Source: a virus
Strand: one strand, 5' to 3'
IMG/VR virus record: IMGVR_UViG_3300027976_000058
DNA: 48,019 bases
A model generated the notes under the pieces. The model was not told the origin of the DNA and ran no database searches. It saw nothing but the letters and a program-made list of their open reading frames with translations. The position numbers and the translations under genes were made by a program. Positions 34,834 through 42,029 of this stretch are shown one piece after another (within the stretch, counting starts at the first letter, position 1; every line of letters starts with the position of its first letter).

Positions 34834-34862
34834 TCGTTAAGAATACAACGCTTATAATAGAG
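34834..34862 (+). promoter_or_regulatory. 29-nt promoter-like element, copy 14 (variant ...TATAATAGAG)
   Basis: tcgttaagaatacaacgcttataatagag. Confidence 0.5.
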
Positions 34863-34911
34863 AGACTCTGGATATGCAAACGCATTTCTTTACTTTTTCA
34901 ATTGGAGGGAC

Positions 34912-35232
34912 ATGCAAGAAAGTAAATATCAGAACGACATCATAGTACGTCTTGGTAGGCTTCTACCTGGATGTTTTGTTATTAAGAATGATCCGTCTTA
35001 TATACAAGGGATTCCAGATCTTCTTATTTTGTTTGAGGATAAGTGGGCAATGCTTGAGGTTAAGTGCTCCGCTGATGCTCAAACTCAACCAAATCAACCG
35101 TACTATATCGAATGGTTTAATAGACTGTCTTTTGCGGCATTCATATACCCAGAAAACGAGGAGAATGTTTTAAATGCTCTTCAACAAACATTCAGAGTTG
35201 CAAGGCAAGCACGCCTTTTTGAGCCCGAGTAG
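34912..35232 (+). CDS. VRR-NUC/PD-(D/E)XK-type nuclease
   Basis: 106 aa. GIPDLLILFEDKWAMLEVK fits a D...E-x-K nuclease core. Confidence 0.55.
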   Translation: MQESKYQNDIIVRLGRLLPGCFVIKNDPSYIQGIPDLLILFEDKWAMLEVKCSADAQTQPNQPYYIEWFNRLSFAAFIYPENEENVLNALQQTFRVARQARLFEPE

Positions 35233-35734
35233 TAACAGTTGGTTAAATTATGACGACCAAAAGCTAAAGCTTAGATTTCAATCTGCTCAAGCTTCTCGTA
35301 GAGGAACTGATTTACACGACTTAGCTCATGAAGCAATTCGACTAGGCGTCAAGCTAGCAAAAAGTAATCAGGCGTTATCAACATACGTTAATGACGCTAT
35401 TAGCTACAAGATGTTTTGTGAGCAACTTTTATATTTCTCTGAAAACTGTTTTGGCAGCGCAGATACAATTTCTTTTAGAAGAAACAAACTACGAATCCAT
35501 GATCTAAAAACTGGAATTATAGCCGCCAAAGAAAAACAGTTGGAAGTGTATGCTGCATTATTCTGTTTAGAATATAGCATATCTCCGTATGATATTGACA
35601 CCGAATTAAGGATCTATCAAAGAGATGAGATTCGAGTATACGAGGCGATTCCTGAATCTATTGACACAATCATGGAAACAATTGTCCGTCACGATGCACG
35701 ACTCAGAGAAATTAGAAACGATGATAACCTATAA
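35174..35734 (+). CDS. PD-(D/E)XK (Cas4/DUF2800-like) nuclease
   Basis: 186 aa. Contains HAFLSPSSNSWLNY, GTDLHD and GSADT...IHDLKTG. Overlaps the upstream gene by 59 nt. Confidence 0.5.
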   Translation: MLFNKHSELQGKHAFLSPSSNSWLNYDDQKLKLRFQSAQASRRGTDLHDLAHEAIRLGVKLAKSNQALSTYVNDAISYKMFCEQLLYFSENCFGSADTISFRRNKLRIHDLKTGIIAAKEKQLEVYAALFCLEYSISPYDIDTELRIYQRDEIRVYEAIPESIDTIMETIVRHDARLREIRNDDNL

Positions 35735-35755
35735 AATTAGAAAGAAGTTTTTCTG

Positions 35756-38437
35756 ATGGAATTAGAAACAACGGAATATTTAGTACACTATGGAATTATC
35801 CGTCGATCAGGAAGGTATCCTTGGGGATCTGGTGGTAATAACGAAGGAAGCACCTATGTTACCGAGAATAATAGAACTTTCTTAGATTACGTAAAGTCGT
35901 TGTTTAAAAAAGGTATGACTGAGTCCCAAATTGCAGAGGGATTCGGAATGTCAACAACTCAATTACGGGCAGCCCGTACCTTGGCTAAGTCCGAGCAAAG
36001 AGCGTCTGATATTTCTATGATTGAGCGTCTAAAAGAAAAGGGAATGTCAAACACCGCTATTGGCGAGCGCATTGGCATGCCTGAGGCTACAGTTCGATCA
36101 CTACTTAAACCCTCAGCTAAGCTTAGTAGTGACTCTATTCAGTTATCTGTGGATGCTCTTAAAGCACAAGTCGATGAGAAAGGTTACCTCGATGTTGGTG
36201 TAGGCACTGAGAACTTACTTAACATCAGTAAAGAACGACTTAATGTCTCCCTAGAAATTCTTCGTGCTGATGGATATCAAGTGTACTCTAACATTAAAGC
36301 ACCACGTCTAAATACCGCATTCGACACAAGGCTTAAGGTACTTACAACTCCAGACAAGACCTTTATTGATGTTATTAAAAATAAAGATAAGATTTCACAG
36401 GTCAACGAAAGACTTAACGATACCGGCGAAACATTGCTTGGTATCGAAAAACCTTTAGCACTCAACTTAAAGAGAGTTGATATTGTCTATGGGCCTGACG
36501 GTGGAGCTCTAAATGATGGTGTAATGTATGTCCGTCCTGGAGTAGACGACGTTAATCTTGGAGGGTCAAGTTATGCACAAGTAAGAATTCAGGTTGGTGC
36601 TGGACACTACATAAAGGGTATGGCTATCTATAAGGATGGGCTTCCTGATGGTGTAGATGTACAGTTTAACACTAACAAAAAGGATACAGGAAATAAGCTT
36701 GATTCACTAAAGGAACTTACCCGAGATGACAAAGGTGCCGTAGACAAAGACAACCCGTTTGGCACGGTGATCAGTAGACAGATTGGTACAGAGCTTCCTA
36801 ATGGGAGGGTAAAGGTTACGTCAGTAGTAAACATTGTGAATGAAGCGGGTGATTGGTCTAACTGGTCCGACACTATAGCATCCCAGGTTCTGTCTAAGCA
36901 GCCACCAAAGCTTGCTAAAGAACAACTGGATATGACGTATGAGGCTCGTAAGAACCAGCTTGATGAGATAATGACATTGACTAACCCTACTGTAAAAAGG
37001 AAGATGCTTGAAGACTTTGCTTCAGATGTTGATGCAGCAGCCGTACATCTAAAGGCATCTAAGCTTCCTAGGCAGTCATGGCACGCCATCCTTCCAGTTA
37101 ACAGCTTGAAAGACACAGAGATCTATGCACCTAACTACAATGATGGCGAACGAGTTGCGTTGATTCGTTATCCACATGGTGGAACGTTTGAGATCCCTGA
37201 GCTTACAGTAAACAATAAGAACCGTGAAGCCAAGAAGTACCTAGATAATGCGCGAGATGCCGTTGGTATTAATTCAAAGGTAGCTGAGCGCCTGTCTGGT
37301 GCCGACTTTGATGGTGACACAGTACTTGTAGTGCCAAATAATTCAGGTAAGCTTAAGTCAACGCCAGCGTTGGAAGGCCTAAAAAACTTTAATCCTCGCG
37401 AACAGTATCGAGGATTCAAAGGCATGCCAGTAATGAAAAACACGGGAGCCGAAATGGGTAGCATATCCAATCTAATAACCGACATGACTATCGCTGGTGC
37501 ATCTAGGGATGAGTTAGTTAGAGCGGTACGTCATTCAATGGTTGTTATTGATGCTGAAAAGCATGCGCTGAACTACAAAGAATCAGCTAAGGTTAACGCT
37601 ATCAAGCAGCTTAAAGCTAAGTACCAGCCTACAGGTGGATCATCCACTATCATCTCAAGGGCCCAGAGTCCAAGGTATCAAGAGAAGATGAAGGCTCGCC
37701 CAATGTCTGAAGGTGGGCCAATCAATAAAAAGACTGGTGAGCTTGAGTTTGTACCATCAGGCCAAACTAACTATAAGACTGGGCAGCCTAAGCAAGAGAG
37801 GAAGGCGCTCCTTGAAGTAACCCGAGACGCACGGGAGATCACGTCTGGTAAAGACCGACGCATAGAAAATCTCTATGCCGACCACTCTAACAGACTTAAG
37901 AGTATGGCCAACGCGGCTAGGCTGGAGGCAATTAATACCCCCCGTTCAAACTGGTCACCCTCTGCCAAGAAGACATACTCAAAGGAAGTTAAGGAACTTA
38001 ACTCAGCCTTGGCCCTGGCTAAGTCCAACGCCCCTCGCGAGAGGCGTGCTCAAAACATTGCTGAGGCAACATACAAAGCTAAGTTAGAATCAAGCGTAGA
38101 AATGCAAACTAACATAGCACTTCAGAAGAAGGTAAAGCATCAAGCTCTTGCTGCAGCACGCAATAGAACTGGTGCTTCTAAAGAAAAAATTGTGATCACG
38201 GCAAAGCACTGGGAAGCTATTCAAGCTGGTGCTATCAGTGACAGTAACCTTAAGCAGATACTTACTAATTCTGATATGGATTCTGTTAAAGAGTTTGCTA
38301 GACCGAAGTCATCGAAGACAATGACATCAAGTAAGACCCGCCGAGCCGAGGCTATGCTAGCACAAGGTTACACTCGTGCTGACATTTCTAAGCAGTTGGG
38401 AGTACCACTTGGTACTCTCGATGAGGCACTCTACTAG
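35756..38437 (+). CDS. candidate single-subunit two-barrel RNA polymerase (YonO / crAss gp66 / RDR-like) with two N-terminal and one C-terminal HTH modules
   Basis: 893 aa. ERVALIRYPHGGTFEIPEL...DAVGINSKVAERLSGADFDGDTVLVVPN (DFDGD codons 37304..37318) mirrors beta-prime VLLNRAPTLHRLGIQAF...NADFDGDQMAVH. The HTH-like segments are GMTESQIAEGFGMSTTQLRAARTL, GMSNTAIGERIGMPEATVRSLL and GYTRADISKQLGVPLGTLDEAL. Confidence 0.55.
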   Translation: MELETTEYLVHYGIIRRSGRYPWGSGGNNEGSTYVTENNRTFLDYVKSLFKKGMTESQIAEGFGMSTTQLRAARTLAKSEQRASDISMIERLKEKGMSNTAIGERIGMPEATVRSLLKPSAKLSSDSIQLSVDALKAQVDEKGYLDVGVGTENLLNISKERLNVSLEILRADGYQVYSNIKAPRLNTAFDTRLKVLTTPDKTFIDVIKNKDKISQVNERLNDTGETLLGIEKPLALNLKRVDIVYGPDGGALNDGVMYVRPGVDDVNLGGSSYAQVRIQVGAGHYIKGMAIYKDGLPDGVDVQFNTNKKDTGNKLDSLKELTRDDKGAVDKDNPFGTVISRQIGTELPNGRVKVTSVVNIVNEAGDWSNWSDTIASQVLSKQPPKLAKEQLDMTYEARKNQLDEIMTLTNPTVKRKMLEDFASDVDAAAVHLKASKLPRQSWHAILPVNSLKDTEIYAPNYNDGERVALIRYPHGGTFEIPELTVNNKNREAKKYLDNARDAVGINSKVAERLSGADFDGDTVLVVPNNSGKLKSTPALEGLKNFNPREQYRGFKGMPVMKNTGAEMGSISNLITDMTIAGASRDELVRAVRHSMVVIDAEKHALNYKESAKVNAIKQLKAKYQPTGGSSTIISRAQSPRYQEKMKARPMSEGGPINKKTGELEFVPSGQTNYKTGQPKQERKALLEVTRDAREITSGKDRRIENLYADHSNRLKSMANAARLEAINTPRSNWSPSAKKTYSKEVKELNSALALAKSNAPRERRAQNIAEATYKAKLESSVEMQTNIALQKKVKHQALAAARNRTGASKEKIVITAKHWEAIQAGAISDSNLKQILTNSDMDSVKEFARPKSSKTMTSSKTRRAEAMLAQGYTRADISKQLGVPLGTLDEALY

Positions 38438-38456
38438 AAGGAAAGGAAAGACATAG

Positions 38457-38711
38457 ATGACACTAAGATTAGCAATGCTTTCTACTATTGACAATCCTTA
38501 CAATCCTTTTGATGAGTACCGTCGGTGGTATGAGTTTGACACTAGAGCAGGTTACCATACTGCCTCTTTCCTAGCTAGGATCACCTTCAACTCATATGAA
38601 ATGTCTGAAGCTGATCAAGCTCTTGCGGTTGAGCAAGCAGTTGATGAAGCAGTATTTGAAAACCTCCCAGGTAATTATATAAAAATTTTACGAGAGGTAG
38701 ATGAAGATTAA
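38457..38711 (+). CDS. hypothetical protein
   Basis: 84-aa ORF with RBS GAAAGGAAAG. Confidence 0.55.
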   Translation: MTLRLAMLSTIDNPYNPFDEYRRWYEFDTRAGYHTASFLARITFNSYEMSEADQALAVEQAVDEAVFENLPGNYIKILREVDED

Positions 38712-38714
38712 AGC

Positions 38715-38790
38715 TGTGGCGGAATGGGCAAGGGGGGGGAGGGGGGCCTCGCAAGATCACCCCCCCCTCTGCATCGCCCTCCTCTCTATA
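38715..38790 (+). other. G8-A-G6 ... C8 GC-rich stem-loop / G-quadruplex-capable element
   Basis: gggcaaggggggggaggggggcctcgcaagatcacccccccctct sits in an otherwise AT-rich intergenic region. Confidence 0.6.
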
Positions 38791-38953
38791 TTTTCCCCGC
38801 AGGGATATTTTCAGGAAAGTTTTTGGATTCTCGGAGGACAAACCAAGAAACGTTACGCTTTAGGAATGAGATGAGTGACTTTATAGATCACTATGGCGTA
38901 AAAGTTATACAGTTCTTAGAAATAAAGCACGAACTATAAAGTTGGAGACTTAA

Positions 38954-39385
38954 ATGGACGAATATAACGAATCAATCATGGTTGCAATGCTCCCAACAAC
39001 CAATGATTGGTGTAAAATTGAGCTTCCACACACTACTTTGGTGTATGCGGGCGAAATAAAGGACAGTTCCGTAACAGAGTTCAATAAGATGGCAAAAGAA
39101 GTTTCCGATTTAGCGGTTCTAAGCCGTCCTTTGGCCATTGATACCTTTGGCATTGAGGTTTTTGGTAACGAAGAAAAAGTCGACGTTATCAGATTACTGG
39201 CAACCCCAGAGCTTATGGCTATTCGGAATACTTTAGTTAAATATGACGTAAGTGAACACCCATTCCACCCACACGTAACTGTCGGGCCGGTTGGTTCTGC
39301 AAATTACCCAATACCAACAAGACTATTCTTTGATCGATTCTTAATTAAGTACGGTCAAGAATCGATGGTATTCAATCTACGATAA
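38954..39385 (+). CDS. 2H phosphoesterase superfamily protein (LigT / Acb1-like)
   Basis: 143 aa with two H-x-T motifs, LPHTTLVY (H26) and HPHVTVGP (H107). RBS is TTGGAGAC. Confidence 0.6.
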   Translation: MDEYNESIMVAMLPTTNDWCKIELPHTTLVYAGEIKDSSVTEFNKMAKEVSDLAVLSRPLAIDTFGIEVFGNEEKVDVIRLLATPELMAIRNTLVKYDVSEHPFHPHVTVGPVGSANYPIPTRLFFDRFLIKYGQESMVFNLR

Positions 39386-39401
39386 CTAAGGAAGGTTAAA
39401 A

Positions 39402-39539
39402 ATGCCGGAAGATACTGAAAACCAGGAACCAGAAGATGCTGGGTCTGACATGGATCTAGAAACTCCAGTAGACTTGTTAGAATTACACGAAGTTGGCGAA
39501 TGGCTGACAGCCGTTGCAAAAGCGGAGGATCGCTCATGA
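39402..39539 (+). CDS. small acidic protein (45 aa)
   Basis: Translated by hand. RBS is AAGGAAGG. ATGA overlap with the endolysin start. Confidence 0.45.
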   Translation: MPEDTENQEPEDAGSDMDLETPVDLLELHEVGEWLTAVAKAEDRS

Positions 39540-40363
39540 GCACACCATTTCATAGTCGTACCGAAGTTGGGCTACGCCAACCAAAGAACCAGTCAGGCAG
39601 CATCAACCCAAAACATCTCACGGCACATTGGGCCGGTCCTTCACCATGGCGAAACCAACTACCAGACCACAGTCGGTGTGCGTCTATATGGCGCGGCTTC
39701 CAAGCATTCCATATGGATAGTCGTGGTTGGTCAGATATTGCGTATACTTCTGGCGTGTGTCCTCACGGCCATCGTTACGAAGGCCGTGGTGTCGGTGTTC
39801 GAACCGCCGCAAATGGAACCAATATTGGTAACGAATTGTCTTACGCAACGTGTTATATAGCTGGTGATGGCGATCCGCTTACTCAGGCAGCAAAGACCGC
39901 TTTTGTTGACGAAGCGTTGCGTCTTAGTGTTCTTTTAAATAAAGTCCATTCAGATTGGAAGCCCACCAGTTGTCCCGGAAGCGAACTAAAGCATTGGGTT
40001 AACAACGGAGCTTCTGCTCCTCCATGGGGAAACTCAACTTCTCCTCCGTCACCGACAAAGCCTCCATCAACCATCGACTGGGCTGCAGTACGACGAATGG
40101 TAGCCAAACAAACCGCCGATACACTTCGGAGCCAGGAAACCATCCGCAATGGGTCGAATTGGTTGTCGATTACTCTTCTACAGTCAGCAATAAACATAGT
40201 TGATCCCAGCAGAGGACTCAAAATTGACGGTAGATGGGGTCCTAACACACACAACGCGGTTCTAGATTTCCAAAAATACCTTGGTCTTACAGCCGACGGA
40301 ATTGTTGGTGACCTGACTCGGTTCTGGCTCATCGTAACGCTGGAAAACATCTGGAAAGGATGA
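39536..40363 (+). CDS. endolysin: N-acetylmuramoyl-L-alanine amidase (Amidase_2/PGRP) with a C-terminal PG_binding_1 domain
   Basis: Contains TAHWAG..FHMDSRGWSDIAYT..EGRG. The C-terminus is LKIDGRWGPNTHNAVLDFQKYLGLTADGIVG. ATG 39536 follows GGAGGA and is in frame with the track start at 39500. Confidence 0.85.
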   Translation: MSTPFHSRTEVGLRQPKNQSGSINPKHLTAHWAGPSPWRNQLPDHSRCASIWRGFQAFHMDSRGWSDIAYTSGVCPHGHRYEGRGVGVRTAANGTNIGNELSYATCYIAGDGDPLTQAAKTAFVDEALRLSVLLNKVHSDWKPTSCPGSELKHWVNNGASAPPWGNSTSPPSPTKPPSTIDWAAVRRMVAKQTADTLRSQETIRNGSNWLSITLLQSAINIVDPSRGLKIDGRWGPNTHNAVLDFQKYLGLTADGIVGDLTRFWLIVTLENIWKG

Positions 40364-40364
40364 C

Positions 40365-41279
40365 ATGGAAGTAAAAATTATTAACCTAACTTTGTTGGAT
40401 AAGTTTGTTCAGAGCTTGCCTTGGAATCAGTGGCAAAAATTCCGTCTTCCAATTGGTGAGACTATTCCTTGTTGGAAAGATCGATCTATGATTCAAAAAG
40501 TTGGGCGAGTAATTGATTGGCATGGAACACCAGAACTCACGCACAAAACGGATCCATCAAAAGTTGGCCGAGATGGTGTCGGTGTTGGAACACCTATGCA
40601 GCTTGGAAATAATTTTTACAGGGCAGTCACGTGGGGAAGTGGTTATGGTAGGTTTAATCAATTTGTAATTGGAATACCAAAACCGTTTGCTGGTGGAAGA
40701 TACTGGATCACTGGGTATCCTTCTACAGCTTTTGACAAACGCTGTATTATTCATAGTCTTGATGATCAACATACCTTTGAATTGATCCAGTACGATCAAG
40801 ATCTACCTGTTTTACCTGCGGGGTTCCCACAGCAAGCTTTAAATGCTGGAGAATGGTTTATGGGCAAGCTGATTGATGGAGTTTCGGTGTCCGCGTCAGG
40901 TCTTCCGGGTCACTCCATGATCTGGGGTCCGGGTTCTTTGGATAACCCACATGTTCAATCAATGACCGTTATAAACTACCATGGAGGAGATGGAGAAAGA
41001 GTAGACCATAAAAACCCAGAATCCGACTTTGTCATTCCAGAAACTGGGGTTACATGTGGTGACTGGTATGTATTACCGGTTGACTCGGAATCCTATAAAA
41101 CAATGGTGGCTAACGGTGGAGAATGCGCAGCCAGAGCAAAAGCTATGTCAGTCTATGGAGTTAAAAACGTAGATCGTGGAAACATGGTCCACTTCTTGAC
41201 ACAAGCTGGAACTTGGGCTTTAGGAACCAACATTAGCGAATTCCAGATCAACATTAATGATCTAAGAATGGCTAGTTAA
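40365..41279 (+). CDS. hypothetical protein (304 aa)
   Basis: Long ORF adjacent to the endolysin. No motif recognised. Confidence 0.6.
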   Translation: MEVKIINLTLLDKFVQSLPWNQWQKFRLPIGETIPCWKDRSMIQKVGRVIDWHGTPELTHKTDPSKVGRDGVGVGTPMQLGNNFYRAVTWGSGYGRFNQFVIGIPKPFAGGRYWITGYPSTAFDKRCIIHSLDDQHTFELIQYDQDLPVLPAGFPQQALNAGEWFMGKLIDGVSVSASGLPGHSMIWGPGSLDNPHVQSMTVINYHGGDGERVDHKNPESDFVIPETGVTCGDWYVLPVDSESYKTMVANGGECAARAKAMSVYGVKNVDRGNMVHFLTQAGTWALGTNISEFQININDLRMAS

Positions 41280-41282
41280 ATC

Positions 41283-41347
41283 GTGGGCCTGGCTAGGTCA
41301 ATGTGATCGCCTGCCCTCCCGGGTTGAGCCTTCTTAGTCAGGCCCAC
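41283..41347 (+). other. GC-rich long hairpin upstream of the first gene of the late unit (candidate terminator, late regulatory site, or cos/pac-associated structure)
   Basis: gtgggcctggctagg ... cttagtcaggcccac forms about 15 bp including G-U pairs, enclosing cgcctgccctcccggg. There is no T-run. Confidence 0.4.
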
Positions 41348-41373
41348 ATTTCTACAGTTGAAAGGAGGAATAA

Positions 41374-41706
41374 GTGGCTTCTAAGCGAACTGGACGTCGT
41401 CGGGGTCGTCCCGCGTCTACGCCGGAGAACCGAGAAAACCAACTTGTTTCTCTAGCCGTAGATCTTGCAGAAAGACAAATGATAGAAGGATCAGCTTCGG
41501 CACAGATAATAACACATTATCTGAAGTTGGGCTCTTCAAGAGAAAACCTTGAACAAGAACGTTTAAGAAATGAAAATGAACTTCTAAATGCCAAGGTAGA
41601 GCAACTTGCTTCGGCTAAGCGCGTTGAGGAGCTATATTCTGAAGCGCTTAATGCTATGCGCTCTTACGCCGGACAAGATAACGAAGACCACAAAGATAGG
41701 AGGTAG
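41374..41706 (+). CDS. Arg-rich DNA-binding-like / coiled-coil protein (small terminase is one possibility)
   Basis: 110 aa with GTG start after AAAGGAGGAATAA. Has KRTGRRRGRPAS at the N-terminus and a heptad-rich C-half. Confidence 0.3.
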   Translation: MASKRTGRRRGRPASTPENRENQLVSLAVDLAERQMIEGSASAQIITHYLKLGSSRENLEQERLRNENELLNAKVEQLASAKRVEELYSEALNAMRSYAGQDNEDHKDRR

Positions 41707-41708
41707 AT

Positions 41709-42029
41709 ATGAACAACCAACTTGTTGTACACAAGAATCGCACAAACATTGTTCCAGTTAGCCTTGGTATAGATTTGTCTGCTGACACAATTACTAGTGA
41801 GATTCGAGTTAGCGAAGATCCAACCTCAACTCTCATTGCCACATGGGCAGTAACATTCAACACTGACGGAACTGACGGTAAGGTTGTCTTAACTTTGCCC
41901 GTAGCTGATGTGGAAAATATTACTAGGACCACGGGGTTTATGGACTTAAAAAGAGTTAGTGGGGGAGAGCCTCTCTCAGTATTTCGCGAGCCACTGGAAG
42001 TAGTATTCCAAGGAGTTGTAACAGCATGA
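41709..42029 (+). CDS. hypothetical structural protein (Ig-like?)
   Basis: 106 aa with RBS TAGGAGGTAGAT. Overlaps the fibre gene by 4 nt. Confidence 0.5.
   Translation: MNNQLVVHKNRTNIVPVSLGIDLSADTITSEIRVSEDPTSTLIATWAVTFNTDGTDGKVVLTLPVADVENITRTTGFMDLKRVSGGEPLSVFREPLEVVFQGVVTA

Noticed and set aside
38724-38939. 71-aa ORF (MGKGGEGGLARSPPPLHRPP...) and the nested 22-codon ORF at 38871..38939.
   Set aside because: The first half is just the translation of the G- and C-homopolymer element and has no RBS. The nested ORF is too short to support, although its HYGVK motif is noted in a finding.
41374-41706. A firm call of this gene, or of the wrap-around repeat protein upstream of terL, as the small terminase.
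   Set aside because: The only support is positional and compositional: a basic N-terminus, a coiled coil, and proximity to a GC hairpin or to terL. I could not recognise a diagnostic TerS motif, so the call is kept as a low-confidence possibility.
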